64,000 nt of DNA from assembly GCA_000320545.1 (NCBI GenBank), contig ADNK01002731.1, positions 1-64,000 of the forward strand, in the 5' to 3' direction. The position numbers and the translations under genes are program-made. The notes beneath the pieces were generated by a model that saw only the letters and a list, made by a program, of their open reading frames with translations, was not told where the DNA came from and did no database searches. Shown one piece after another: positions 13,058 to 26,496 of the stretch (its first letter is position 1; every line of letters begins with the position of its first letter). Source of the stretch: Bigelowiella natans CCMP2755. Lineage: Eukaryota > Protista > Cercozoa.

Positions 13058-13100
<43 letters not shown>

Positions 13101-14126
13101 AATTTAGTGTCCGGGAGTGTGGAGCGTTCTGTTGTTTGGACGTTCTTTTTTGTTCACACACCGTAGTTGGCGGTCGCAGACTTCTCCAAATTTTTTGTTG
13201 AAGGCTTCATTTGCCAAGAGGTTGCTGACGTACACGATGTCGCAACTTGAGATATCAGCCTTCAACCCGTCCTACAGATGACATTATTACACACGCTCAT
13301 ATACATTTGTAATTCATATTTAGGTCTTCTGGTGCGGCAGGATGGAGGAGGGGGGGGGAGGAGGAGGGGATACTACATTTTTTTTTTAAAGGCAAATCAT
13401 AATACTTGCATGGAGTTCCACGCTCAATCACCATCTTGCTTACCTCACAGCGTAGCTCTATTTTTGAGGCCGCCTCCTTTTTGCACATCCTAGTAATGAT
13501 AGACATTGCAAGCTCATTAGCATCCGGAGAGATCAACATCGTCGCTGAGGCATTTCCCAGTTGTGAGAGCAAGCAGTTGGCAACCAAACAATGAATCGAT
13601 ACGTCTCTCATTACGACTACAACACTGCGTCCCCTTTTTTGTGCGTACGATGCTCGTGTCTTTCTACTCGGGGTTTTTGATTGATTTCAGGGCCTTCTCG
13701 TGCCTAAACTTGGACAGTTCAATCCCAAGACACCCTTTCAGTTCCGGATACTGCACGTAAGGTCCAGGATGAAGGTAATAATACACACATAGCTCAGAGG
13801 GAGTCTTGAAGAGTAAGCCAGTGTTTACCGGTGTCGGTCATACTCAAATGACGAAGATCTCATATTACTAAAAAATGCAGCTAAGAGGAGGAAACATGGG
13901 CGAAACAGACGGGAAGGTTCGCATGCCTTCTCATCCTCACTACAAACCAAATAACTCACCAAGTAACACCTCGATTTACCTGTTCTGCTGCAACCATAAT
14001 GGCCTCTCCATTCCCAGAGCCAACATCACAGAATATTTTGTCCTTAAGACCAATAGCCTAGCGTAGCAACATCGCAGGTAACGTTAACTGCAGGCTCAAG
14101 TAAGAGGGCAGGACTGTAATGCGCGC

Positions 14127-14163
<37 letters not shown>

Positions 14164-14797
14164 GCAGTGCAGATTGGCCGCAAGCCTCATCATTATATGT
14201 ATCAAATGCGAGAGTCAAGCTACGCTGCCTCGGCCGATGATGATACCATACAAATGAAAGAATGGGAAAAGTTGATTCTCGAAGGCTTTAAATACTTTCT
14301 TTGCTCGATCCAGCAGTGCACAAACCTAGGAGCAGCATTACACGTTAAGAATAATATTCGTACGGCTCGCATGCGTTGTCCCACCACGTCGATGATTACA
14401 GTTAAAGCCATTCAAAGACATACCCCTTCAAATTCAAGGATTCCATAAACGTTGGACCTAATCACAGTGGAATGATATTATGCAAGATCACGTCTTAACC
14501 TGACAATGCGTACCCGCCTGACTCTTCGAATAATTTCTTCTCATTTTCCATGGCTTCTTCTTCTTCATTTGCTTCATCCTGCATCCTCATTGTCTCCAGA
14601 TCGAACAAGGAGTCGTCCGATTCATCATCCGCACTCTAAATACAGGGAAATGAAATATGTAAACACGATGGAGGGAGGGGGAGAGAGGAACGCAGACCAT
14701 GCTGAACGAGAGGGTCTTAGAGCATTGGTTCTGTTTTAGAGGATAGATCACTCTGACAAAATTTTGTGCTCATTACATCTGTAATTGAAATGGGCAT
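12613..14797 (-). CDS. Compact DOT1-like (histone H3K79-type) methyltransferase, about 10 exons
   Basis: Spliced product contains SNVYGILEFEGVCALLD, KIFCDVGSGNGEAIMVAA, GCLGIELSKFRHEKA, DIVYVSNLL, LRPGSILF and DCSWG. These match the DOT1 YGE, DLGSG, GIE, NN and VSW motifs. Confidence 0.75.
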
Positions 14798-14985
14798 GAA
14801 AACAGAAAAATTGAGCCTCGAATTTCTAATTTTCTACCATGCAGACACGTTCTGAACAAAAATGCGCCTAGTCTACCACCTTTTCTTGACTTTCAAATTT
14901 TGGTTCGTTCAAAAGTCTTGAAGTTGTGCCCCAAATTTCTGAACTTTCGCAATGTCTTATTACATTTTGGAAATGTAGTTCTTTA

Positions 14986-16166
14986 TCATTGTTCATTGTT
15001 CATTGTTCCGTCATGAGACATTGTCCATTGCAATGATCACTTCGGTGAGCAAGTGCAGCAGTCAAGGACGCGACGCCGAAATGTCGACTGTGACACTGCA
15101 TCTGGTTCTGGCGCATGCAGATTTGCATCAATGCTTTGTTCATTGTTCACTGCAATCAATGCGATTTTTTTCCAAAGTGACGTTTCGCATCCTCTTTTGC
15201 GGTTGCGCACGACACACATCATCATTGGACAGGAAAAATGGATGATGACCAGAGCGAGCGTGAAAACGCACCCCACCCACACCACTCAAGAAATCGTGCG
15301 TGAAGAACCCACACGTGAACGAAGCAGGTCAGACCTGCGAGCATCTTCGAGTGGCATGCGGAACCGAACCGACCCCTGCACGGGAGTGGAGGGGTCGGGA
15401 GTCAAGAGTGTGCACCTGCTCACATCGAACCAAGCTAGCAAGTCCTGAAAGCACAGGTGTTGACAACACATGGAAGGAAAATCACTCAAAAGAGAAGCGC
15501 GCCGAGTTGGAGAAGCAAAGAAAGGTGAGGGAGAGAGAGGGCCACATCGCACTTGAAACTTTTTCCAACCTCAACCAGGAAGTCTCGTCGAGCAGCCAGC
15601 AACAAGACTGAGCAACAGGACTCTGTGAGCACCCTTCACACCCAATGGAAGGCAACGCAAAAAAAGTCGCATCACCTCCGAATTCTGAGAATTGGTTCAA
15701 TGGTCATCCTGATGCAGCCATGCAAAGCGCAGCGGCTGCAGCGCTCAGGTTGTGTCTGTTGGATGCGCACACGTCATTCGTGCGAAAAGATGCTCTTTCC
15801 TTTCACCCATCGCCCTTGCTCTTGCCACGCTAGCACGCATGCACTTGAAACCATCAGCTTTTGCATTCAAATTGGGGAGGGTGCACTCACTAGGCTCATT
15901 GCGCGCACCAATCTGGTAGCAATTCCATTCAACGAGAACTGATGGATGGACGCGTTCACACAACTGCTAGTCCTGTCTGCTGTTCAGACACACCACACAC
16001 ACACGCCAAACTGCCAACGTGCATTTGCTGTGCCTGGCGTGGACAACGTGTGCGTTCGTGCAAACAAAGCGTTGCATCCAATGTGTCGTCACACGTGCGA
16101 GCAAATTGCGATTGCTTGTGAAGTGTGCAAAACGCAAAGTTGTCATCTCACACGTGCATGTTGTTG
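14986..16166. other. TpA-depleted intergenic island, possibly containing a decayed spliced gene
   Basis: Manual scan found 5 TpA in about 1180 nt (CTAG at 15435, 15830, 15890, 15967; GTAG at 15916). ORFs within it lack Tyr. Confidence 0.9.
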
Positions 16167-17460
16167 TCAAAAATTGCTATCATCATCGTCGATGAACACC
16201 CGTCGACCAAGCTTGTCCGTTCTTTTGGGAGTCAGCCTAGCCCTAGCTCTCTCGTCCAGCACTTTTCGCGCATGTTTGAGTTTGGAGCAGATCGAAACAT
16301 GCTTTTCTATCCTCGCCGGAGCAAATCTTCGAAGACAAAATCTGGCGGGAACATTCATGTCAACAATGTACAAGTGATTGCAGATTGATTGACAACCAGT
16401 TTTCACGAACATATGGTAGGACCGTGGGTCGCACCACGCACACCACCTGCATTGTTCTCTGTTGTCATGCTCTTGCTTTGGTTTCGGAGGGGGCGGTAAG
16501 TCGCGCAGTGACTTGCCCTAACATCAAATACATCAGCCCACGTACACAGATGAGCTTTCCTCGTTGAAAGCAAACAAAATGTATGATTGTGAGCAACCAA
16601 CCTCTCTCTTGTACTTTTGAATCAGCCTATTTTGCTTTATCGCTGCTCTCATAGCCTCTCGATCCGCCTTCCACTTTGGAACCTTCTTTGTCTTGGTTGG
16701 TTGCAAGGAGGGCTTGCTGCTGCTCTTGCTGCTGCTCTTCCTGCCGCTAAGCGGTCGAGAACGATGGCCACTTGAAGGTCTGCTACCAGAGTCAGACTTT
16801 CTCGTCGTCGAAAATCAAATTAGAACTTGCATCAATACGAGTGGAATGATAATGATGATCAGGGCGAAATGATGATGATGATGATGAGAATGATAGCGTT
16901 CAGTCTTCTTATTCACTTCTTTGATTTCCTACAAATTTCGGTCTACCTTTCTTCTCTCTCTGGATGCTTCGAATGCCTGGCGCTTTTGAGCTCCAGATGA
17001 AGTAGGAGGGCGATACTGCTGCTGCTGCTGCTGCTGCTGCCGATGTCTATCGTATGCTTTAGTGCTGGTATTTGTGGACACTTCAGCTCCCACCCCCTCG
17101 TTTTCTCCGACCTCTTCACCACCACGAAAAATGCCGTTGTGGTGGCCGCTGTCATTCAATTCTTCCATTTCTTCTCCCCCCGCGTTTGGTTTCCCGGGCG
17201 GAACTGCCCTTGTAATATCTTCAGTTTCGGATTCTGGGAGTGGTGGGGCTTGCTGTTCGCTATAGTCTTTTGATTTCGTCGCCCCGTTGGTACAGGGCGA
17301 TAATGAACTGGGCGAGTGCCTCTGATTCTTCTGTATCGTTTGGCCCCTTTGAAGCAGCAGCGAGTTGGCGCTCTAGTCTCATCACCTTTTGCCGGAGGCG
17401 GTGAATTTCTTCGTCCCTCTCCTTCAGCGCCTTCCTTAACTGAGAGTATAACGTATGTGT

Positions 17461-17498
<38 letters not shown>

Positions 17499-18094
17499 AA
17501 CCAACCTGCCGGGTAGTAGTTGTATCCTCAGCACTTGATTTATTTCTCTTAGTATCGTCGTTGACACTGTCGTTGGCGCCATTCCCGTATCTGGAATTAT
17601 CATCATCTGCCTGCTGCTGCTGCTGCTGATTACCGCGACGAAGACTACCTCTAGGAGATTGAGCAGAATTAAGAGAAGAGCCTCGAGGCGAGGATCGTGG
17701 AGATCTTCTTGGTTGAATCTTTAACCTTGGCGGGCGGGGCATTCCATGCCTACCCCCCCCCCCCTTTTCATAGGATTCTGAACGCGGATGGACAATCTCA
17801 TTCAAGAACATGATTTCAATAATATAGTAGAGGTTTGGGGAAAGATTTGGCGAAATGGAAGAGAGCAACAGTTTTGATCCAGCTACACAGCAATTTTGCT
17901 TGAAGCTCGGAGCTTCGCAACTATTGAATACAGATCTACTTCTTCTTCTAGTATTAGACTTACTTTCTGTCATATCTGTGGAAGAGATGGCACCTGCTGG
18001 TTCATCTCGCCGGGGGCTTCGAGGGTTTCTAGATGATGACAATCTCACGGGATTCGTATTGCCTAAAAATGAACTAGTTTAATAATTCTGAAGA

Positions 18095-18137
<43 letters not shown>

Positions 18138-19029
18138 GAGAGAGCAGCGATGATATTATGGGAAAGCAGCGAACCAAAAACGCACATGTTGTTATCATTA
18201 CCCGGTCTGCAGGAACGTAGCTGTAGCAACCAGGCACAATTTGAGGCGCAACACACGCCACCGACGAACATAATGAAAAACAACTCGCTTTAGAAGTGAT
18301 AAATGCATGGAGAAAGTAGGATAAAGAGAAAGCACGCACGCATATAAATATGAGGGAAAGTAACAGTGGACAATAGATTGGTAGAGGAATGGCAGGGTAG
18401 CATAGTCAGGAACAGAGGAAAACGGTGCTGCCGCGTAGAATCTGCGAGCTAGTAATAATAATGCCAATTTCCCCCGAATATATATATTATATGACCATAT
18501 ACTGTCTTTATGGTGTATGGTAGCTATTACATGAATGACGAGGCTCTCTTCCTTGAACGTTCTTGAGCAATGGGGGCATCGTGCAAGACCATAGTTGTTG
18601 TGAGACTCGCTGTGCACCAAAAACAAAAACAAAAAAGGGGGGGGGGAAGGGGCACTATGTTTAGAAATGCCATCCTAGCACGGAATCATTCTGTGATACG
18701 ACAGGGCAGAATCTGTTTTCATATCCACCATTCTTCGTATGCATATTAGCTGTGTTTGCTACTAGTACTACCTTGCTGCTTGATTGATGCTATTCAGCGT
18801 CTCTGCCTTCATCTTTGAGGGTGATGTGCCCCACCCTGGAGGAGGCTGTGGAATGGCACGTCGTTCTCCTGGCGGCTTTTGGCTCTCTCGCTGCTCCCAC
18901 AGCTTCGCACATTGTGGCAGGTGAATCCGAATACTAGAAGTTCATGAAAACCAATGAATTGAGAGCAAAGCGCCATAATGGTTGTGATCACAGACTTTCT
19001 TTTTTTTTAATATGCCACTATTGCTTCTT

Positions 19030-19085
<56 letters not shown>

Positions 19086-19820
19086 TATCGTGCATAGCAG
19101 TAGCAACCTGGTGGTTCCGTATTTCCGCCCGCATATGTAACAGATTCGATATTTGGGAGCACCAGGAGTCGTCCTTCTTCTAGGGGAAGACATTTCGAGG
19201 CCGTTGTTCTTCTTCCCCCCATTGTTGCTACCTCGTCTAAGATCCCCGTTCAAAGACCTGCAACTTCGCATATGGATCTTGAGAGCAGAGTCTGTGAAGG
19301 TGCGCCCGCAATTAGAGCACGCCTTGAGGTTTGAGTTGTAAGCACTGAATGCCATGTCGTTGAATTCGCCGATCTTGGCGTCACTGAACGTAAAAAGCAT
19401 ACAGCTTTAGAGTGTTCATACGACAACTGTTCGGCTTGATTATCTTAACTACTCATTACATCTATTGAGAACCTCATCATGAATTCACCGCCACCAACAT
19501 TACCACCATCATTCTGTCATTCTCTTCGTAGTCAGTCTGGCAATAATACCCTGGATTTATTCCTTGCTGGATCTGGTCCATATAGCCTGCTGGGGGCTGA
19601 GGCAGAGCCCTGGAGAAAGATATTTTCTTAGCGATGGTTAATACACGACTGTCTCTTCAATGCACACCATAACAATTTACCGTCTCTCCCTCTTATCCTT
19701 GAGATTTTCTCGTTTAACAAATAGCTTTTGGCACTGAGGAATGTGTATCTTAATGCTCGTAGTTCCGTATTGCTGGCCACAAAGGTAGCAAACGACTGCT
19801 TTTGGCCTTCTCATGCTCAT
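16167..19820 (-). CDS. Multi C2HC zinc-finger protein (zf-C2HC_2 / ZC2HC1-ZNF474-like)
   Basis: Repeated fingers: CYLCGQQYGTTSIKIHIPQC, CSNCGRTFTDSALKIHMRSC, CYICGRKYGTT.SIRIHLPQC, CPHCSRTFKEESLVIH and a final CRFCLRRFAPARIEKHVSIC. A KWK...MRAAIK motif precedes the last finger. TGA at 16167-16169. The start may lie upstream, near 20070. Confidence 0.8.
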
Positions 19821-20794
19821 GGAGATGCACAGTGAAAGCAATGTCCTTCCGAAACTAGTTGGATTATGACGGAGAACAGGATAAGGGTAAGAGGGAAAGG
19901 CGGGAAGGTTGACTAGGTATATGCTAATATATTTGTGATATGTGTACATAGCAACTGCTTGCATGACACCTCTCTTCTGCTGATGGGCCAGCTGCAGGGG
20001 GGAACGACTGAAACGCAATGGAGGTTGGGTTCCAAACTCCATCCGATCTTCTCCCGTTGTAAACATTCCCATCAAATTCAGTCCCAAATTTATTTTAAAG
20101 AATCGCTAGTGAAGTATATTCTCATAGAAAGACAACCATCATGGAGAAATAATTGTTAAAATTAACCTGAATTTATTTCTTATTAGGATGAATTCTATCC
20201 ACAACAATGTCTGTTTTGATTGTGAAAGTACAGCTTCGGATTCCGATTAGGAAAGATTTTACCGAATCAATTACCAGATACAAGAAATTAATTTAAACAA
20301 CAAAAACAACATGACAAACAATTGGGGAAAAAACCAGTCCGAATAATTGTCGACAGTTGCGAAACAAGAGAAGCAAGTAACGGACGAAAACGAACAAAGT
20401 GCAAGACGTAATTTAGTCAAATGATATGATATATAGAGGACTACTTTTTACTAGATATATCCTAGATCTACATATCTGACTAGCATTCAATATTTGACGG
20501 AGTCAACAATTATTTTGATTTATATTTATTCAGAAGTTTTTAGGGTATATTTTTTGCGTGAGATTGTGTAACAAACGTAACTGCTGGCTGCAGCACCGCT
20601 TTCAGCACCACTTCGTGTAACGATAAAGACGAAAAGGTAGTAGCTTCGGACAGGGGTAGCAATGCCAGAGCGGGAGGAGCGAGCTAAATATATCAGAATA
20701 GTCTGGCAGGAGTGTTGTATTTGGTGATGACTTTCAGTGATGGAACATCTTGATGAAAAGAATTGCTCTAATCGAAATACCACATCGCTGTAAG

Positions 20795-21649
20795 ATGCCG
20801 GAGGATAATAAAAAGTTGCTTCCAACCCCCAACGCCAAGCTTCCAACGCCAAACGCCAAGAGGGCAGCGCTTATTGTGGTCGATATCCAGAATGACTTCC
20901 TCATTGGTAACTAAAGCCCTAAATGAAACGCCCCCCTCCTGCATAACAACCTCTCTTTCTCTCTCCTTGAAGCATGCTCTTCGTGCCTCACTTTTCTCCT
21001 GGCAGCAACCCCTCTCTCTTCGTCGTTTTTTGTTATCCTCATCATTTGATTTTATGTAGGATCAATGGCTATGCCACAGGCTAAGAAGCTTGTGCCTGTG
21101 ATCAACTCCCTGAAGAAAGTAGAAAACGAAGAGTGTTCTTATTGTTAAGATAATTATGAATTGTATAGGGGTTTATGGGAGAAACGTAGGTAATTATCAG
21201 CACTCTTTAAAACAGTGATGCTGGTCAGTCTATGATGATCACTGTCATCGCCACCACTACCTACCACCACCATCATCATCACCCTGCTCCTCTCTCTCTT
21301 CCTCTTCTACACGCATAGAATGTCGACTGGACGCTGGTGGCTCTAAGTCAAGATAGTCATCCCGAAGAACACATATCCTTTCTGGAAACACATGCCGACA
21401 ATCCAGCCGCTACCAAAAGCAAATGCATACAGGTAGTGATTCTTCGTTATGACGGGTGTAGCTCTGAATTCCAAGGATCATGTTGATGCTGTCGTTCGCA
21501 GATCGGTAATCACCTGCAACGGCTATGGCCAACGCACTGCGTCCACGGAACAGAAGGAGAGAAATTCTATCCGGAAATGGAGGTCGTCGATCTATTTTGG
21601 ATATTCACTTTATATAGCTGCTCTATCTTCTTCAGAAGACCAACATATT

Positions 21650-21688
<39 letters not shown>

Positions 21689-22406
21689 GTTACATTCCAT
21701 ATGAATTGCAGGTGGATGAGAAAGATATCGTCGTGAAGAAAGGAGTCGAAAAGAATGTTGACTGCTACTCTGCATTCTACGATAACTCTGGATTGGTAGT
21801 AAGCGTTCCTTCTCACCTTTACAACTCCAAACGACGTCATACGCTACGCACACACGCACACACACACACACACAAACGAACATAATCCGGATAATCAGCT
21901 TCAAATCATGCTGCTGAAAGCGGTTTGTGTTGGCTGACGTTGTTAACTCACGATGTTCTGCTAGAAATCGACGGGTATGACCAAACTGCTGAGAGAGGCC
22001 AGGATCTCCGATGTGTATGTATGCGGTGTAGCATTCGACTACTGTGTGGGAAGCACGGCTGTAGACTCTGCAAAAGAAGGATTTAATACCTTTATCGTCG
22101 AGGTAGCATTACATTGTGTAGTTACTACATCCTGCACGTTACCTCCTCATTCCTCCGCCTCCTCCCCGTCTCCATTGTCCTCTTCAAGGATGCTACAGAA
22201 TCTATTTCTTCGGGAAGCAAGAGAAAGATGCAAAAGAGGCTGGATGAGGCTGGCGTTGAGAGCGTGCACTCGTCGGTTCTTCTCACCAAAGTAGAAGGAG
22301 ACAAAAGGTGGGGTGGTATGTGGCACGTGTGTTATTATGGAAAGGAATAAAACAGCTGCTATAGTAATAATGACCATAACAAGGCTACTTTTCTGAAATT
22401 CGCACC

Positions 22407-22446
<40 letters not shown>

Positions 22447-23227
22447 GGAGGGGCGGTGCCGGATACTGGGTATCTATCTCATGATGGCTCCTTGCGGTCC
22501 TTGATCATATCAGGCAAATTGCTGCGGAATATTTCAAGAAGAAGAAAATTATGCCTCTGCTTCAAAAATTGACTGCGCTTGTGCTGCACCACAAACCTGA
22601 GAACCCGAAGAAGTTTCTCATCGATGAGTTAACAAAAATGAAGGTAAAATGTAGAGACAATAGTACTAACTATTCTGTATCACCAAACAACATGCTACCT
22701 CATAGCTCTGATATGTAGCGTCAGTTCCCCCTTCAATGATGCATTATCGCTGCGACAAGCAGTTATATACCATTAACGTTGTGGTTGGAGGAAAAACATC
22801 ATAGAAAATAGTTTTCACATGAATCTGCAGTAGCGAACATGAACCATTAAAATGCATATTTTGGTCTATGTTTGCACAGGAATCCAAAGTGAACGTGGAA
22901 GACATATCCTCTAGCCTTCTCGGGGACGACGATTTGGAGGTTGTGTTCCAGACTGCTGACGTCGCTGGAAGTGGCAAAATCGGCTCTTCCCAGTGTAAGC
23001 AGGTATGTGAGAACGACAATGGTGATTGGGCACATAGATTAGGAATGATGATGGTTGTGATGATGATGGTGATTGATTTTGGGGTAATGCTGTACAATTA
23101 GGCGTTACTTAGTATGGGTATACCTATCGGAGAAATCAAGCCTGTAGTGGATGAGAACGACAAGAAAGCAACCTACGCACTAGACGATTTCAAAAAGCTT
23201 GCAATTCAAGGTTTGAAGACCATTTAG
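20795..23227 (+). CDS. pncA: Nicotinamidase (isochorismatase family) fused to an EFCAB10-like RIIa-type docking domain and EF-hand-like module, 10 exons
   Basis: ALIVVDIQNDF, SQDSHPEEHISF, LWPTHCVHGTEG, VKKG...DCYSAFYDN, VCGVAFDYCVGSTAVDS (Asp-Lys-Cys triad present). In-frame continuation AAEYFKKKKIMPLLQKLTALVLHHKPENPKKFLIDEL...DLEVVFQTADVAGSGKI...ALLSMG. TAG at 23225-23227. Confidence 0.85.
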
Positions 23228-24055
23228 CAAGACTGTTGAGCGTAGGAGGAGGAGCACAGTCCTCGATGCTAGTTGCACCCATGATGGGTAGCACCAAAAT
23301 TTGATTTCTCATGTTGCATTGTGTGGTGGATATCCTTGCTACGTGTGACATGCGACTTTCGATGCAAAATGATACAAGTAAACTACAGACATCTAGTAGA
23401 CATGCGTGCACACATCGCGCAGAATGAGACACGCACGTGTGCTGACCGGTGCATGATGTATTGCTGTGTCTATTATGTGCATGCATCACATGTCACACTA
23501 GCTAGCACGTACAGTGCGCACTGTGTGCTTCATGCAACACTTTGCGAGGCGCTTTCTAGGACAATGCCCTCCTGTCTTCATGTTAACACTGCGGCAGCAA
23601 ATCAGCCTCTGCTGAGCGTTTGCATTCTCTGTATGACTTTGGTGGCACACAGCACTAGTCAGCATAGCAGTGCGTAGTGCGTGCTAGCGTGGTGCAACAA
23701 CAGTTAACAAAACACGAGCTGCTAGGTATGTGCACAAAAAGCATGCTCGCTGGCGCACATGGTGGGGCGCGGTTGGTGCTGCATTTTCACTAATCGACTC
23801 ATCTGCTGCAACGCTCAAAAACTGGACTTTCACACTGAATCCTTGTGGACATATGTCATGCTAAACATCCCTTTATTATTGGCACCAGACTTCGAAGCAG
23901 CCATGCATTTGTGTCGCATCGCATGCGTGGATTACATGCCACACATCATCACATCGAAGCCGGCTAGTGCTACAAACACTTCGCATCTAGACGTTCTTGC
24001 ACATTTCTGGATGTGCGGATTCACAATCGATTGTGGGACACGCTGTGGCGACACG

Positions 24056-24624
24056 TCACATGACACTGCAGCTAGGAGCATCAGTGGATGTGAGCGTGCC
24101 GTAGATTCCTCCTCCACAAACCCCAGCATCATCTCCTCTCCTACCATTTGCCTTGCGTGCGGACTCTTGACCTACTGAATCTGCCATCACATCAGCAGCA
24201 ATATCGTCGAATGTTCTTCTCTTCCTGATGAGCGCACACCTGCAAATACGAACGAGATAAGCCAGTAGCCTTGTTCATTTGCTATTATCATCAGCGGTAA
24301 TATGTCCCAATTCCCCTCCCCGCATTGCATCGTTCCTTAAAGTTGTGTTAGGTCGTTACCTTTTTCCATTTCCTTCGAGCGGCTTTCTAATCAATGCCTC
24401 AGCTGGCAATGGCCGCAGATTATAGATGCTCCCTGAGCACGTGCATCATCGTGAATTAAATGAGGATGGAAGATTGCAATAAAAAGTGAGAATGTCAGTT
24501 GGAAATCGTCATGACTAAGAAGACAAAGACGGTAGACATGGTCTCCTTCTCATTTCCCTCATCTGCTACTGTGTGTGGGTGAGTGTGGGTACGATGTTTC
24601 TTAGGCACTTTTTCATCATCATCA

Positions 24625-24656
<32 letters not shown>

Positions 24657-25346
24657 TTCTTCTACTACCCATCGTCATTCCATATGCCCCTGCAGTGTCT
24701 AGTAAAGATGATTTCGAATGCAAAACAAAGAGGAAAGGGGGGGGGGTAGGGTTAGGTGGAGACGGAAGGAGGAAGAGAATAACAATTGTAGGAGAAAGCT
24801 ACGATCTGTGTACCGAAGTGAATCGTATCTGTAACCTAGAAAGAACTTCGCGCTCACACACGTGTGAGTGTGAGTGCGAGTATAACAACAAGGTATACTA
24901 GCACCTATGCTTAAAACATCTCCCTCGTGGATTTCACACTTCATCTTCCTGTCGCTGGCGAACAGATCACCTGAAAATGAAGTAGCATTGTGATTTTGGA
25001 GATGGGATTGAGAAATACGACTAAGACGACGAAGAGAGAAAATGAGGATCTTGGTGACAATAATGACAACGATGATGATGCCATCGTGGCAATAACAATT
25101 TCATGTATAATAATCTACCGCTATGGCGTTTATTCGCATTCAGGCGGCATCCTTACGAATATCATCATCATCATCATCTTCTTCTTCATTACTATTACTA
25201 CTACTACTACCAGTTTCACAAATGTTCCCGCAAATATCGTATACAACATCGCATCTTTCTCTTTTTGGCTTTGTATCACTGCTATCCGCAGTAAGATTTC
25301 TGAGGAGAGAAAATATTGGTACACGGTAACAGCAGAAGTGCAAAAT

Positions 25347-25386
<40 letters not shown>

Positions 25387-25570
25387 CACTCGCACGCGCG
25401 CATGGAGGGCGGAGAGAGGGAAAGAGGGAGAATCTGTTATAATGAGAAGAATAGCGTATTATTATCGTTATTACTACCTGATGTGGTGATAAGCGTTGTA
25501 GAGCGTTGGACGAATAAGGTGGTTGAAGCCAGAATCCGTGCCTATGAAAGAGTTTTAAGAAGTATATCAT

Positions 25571-25607
<37 letters not shown>

Positions 25608-25630
25608 CAACACACACACACACACACACA

Positions 25631-25708
<78 letters not shown>

Positions 25709-26465
25709 AAACTAATAACAAAAGAAGAGACAAACGACACCAACAACATATCAGCAAGGATGGTGGGTAGAGTAGCAGTAGTAGAAGTAGTAGCGTATGT
25801 TCGGGGGAGGAGGAGGAGGGGGGGGGGGAGAATGTGTGTAACAATCCATCACGATACTAATAATGGCACGATGTGTATGTAAATTATTGCCAACAACAAC
25901 AACGAGTATTATATCATCATCTCGACGCATAAGAACGATATGATTGTCCTCCTCCCCCATCCCCCCCCCTCTTCCTCCTCCTCCTCCTCCTCCTCCTCCT
26001 CTTTTTGTGTTCTTCCATTTGTAGCTGCTTATGGCGGCATCACCTGCAATCCTGCGTTCTTTATTCCATTTCACCTATTGTTGTTGTTGTTGTTGTTGTT
26101 GTTGTAGTTGTTGTTATGATGATGATGATCATGATGATGAGAGCTTTCAGTAGTAGTTCTATAGCTACTGCTGTTACTACTTATGGTGATAACAACACTG
26201 AATTTATAGTGAATGAAAGACGAAGAAGAAGAGGCTTCGAGTTGGAAGTTGCTATGCAGGAAATGCTTAAATTCATTGTTTCCTCCTCCTCCTTTCTCAT
26301 TATTGTCCCCCCCCCTCTCCAAAACAAGTAGAACAAGTAAGATCTGCTACCGTGTTTACGGTGACAAGGAGGCTGCCACTCTCCGCTGATTGGGAAGGGT
26401 TGATGGTAGGTAAGGACAACGGTATGTTGGCGATAGTGATGAGATTAGTGATGACAGGATGATGG

Positions 26466-26496
<31 letters not shown>

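Noticed and set aside
16125-16388. Plus-strand ORF as the last exon of a separate gene
   Set aside because: It is antisense to the final C2HC zinc-finger exon, which is well supported on the minus strand.
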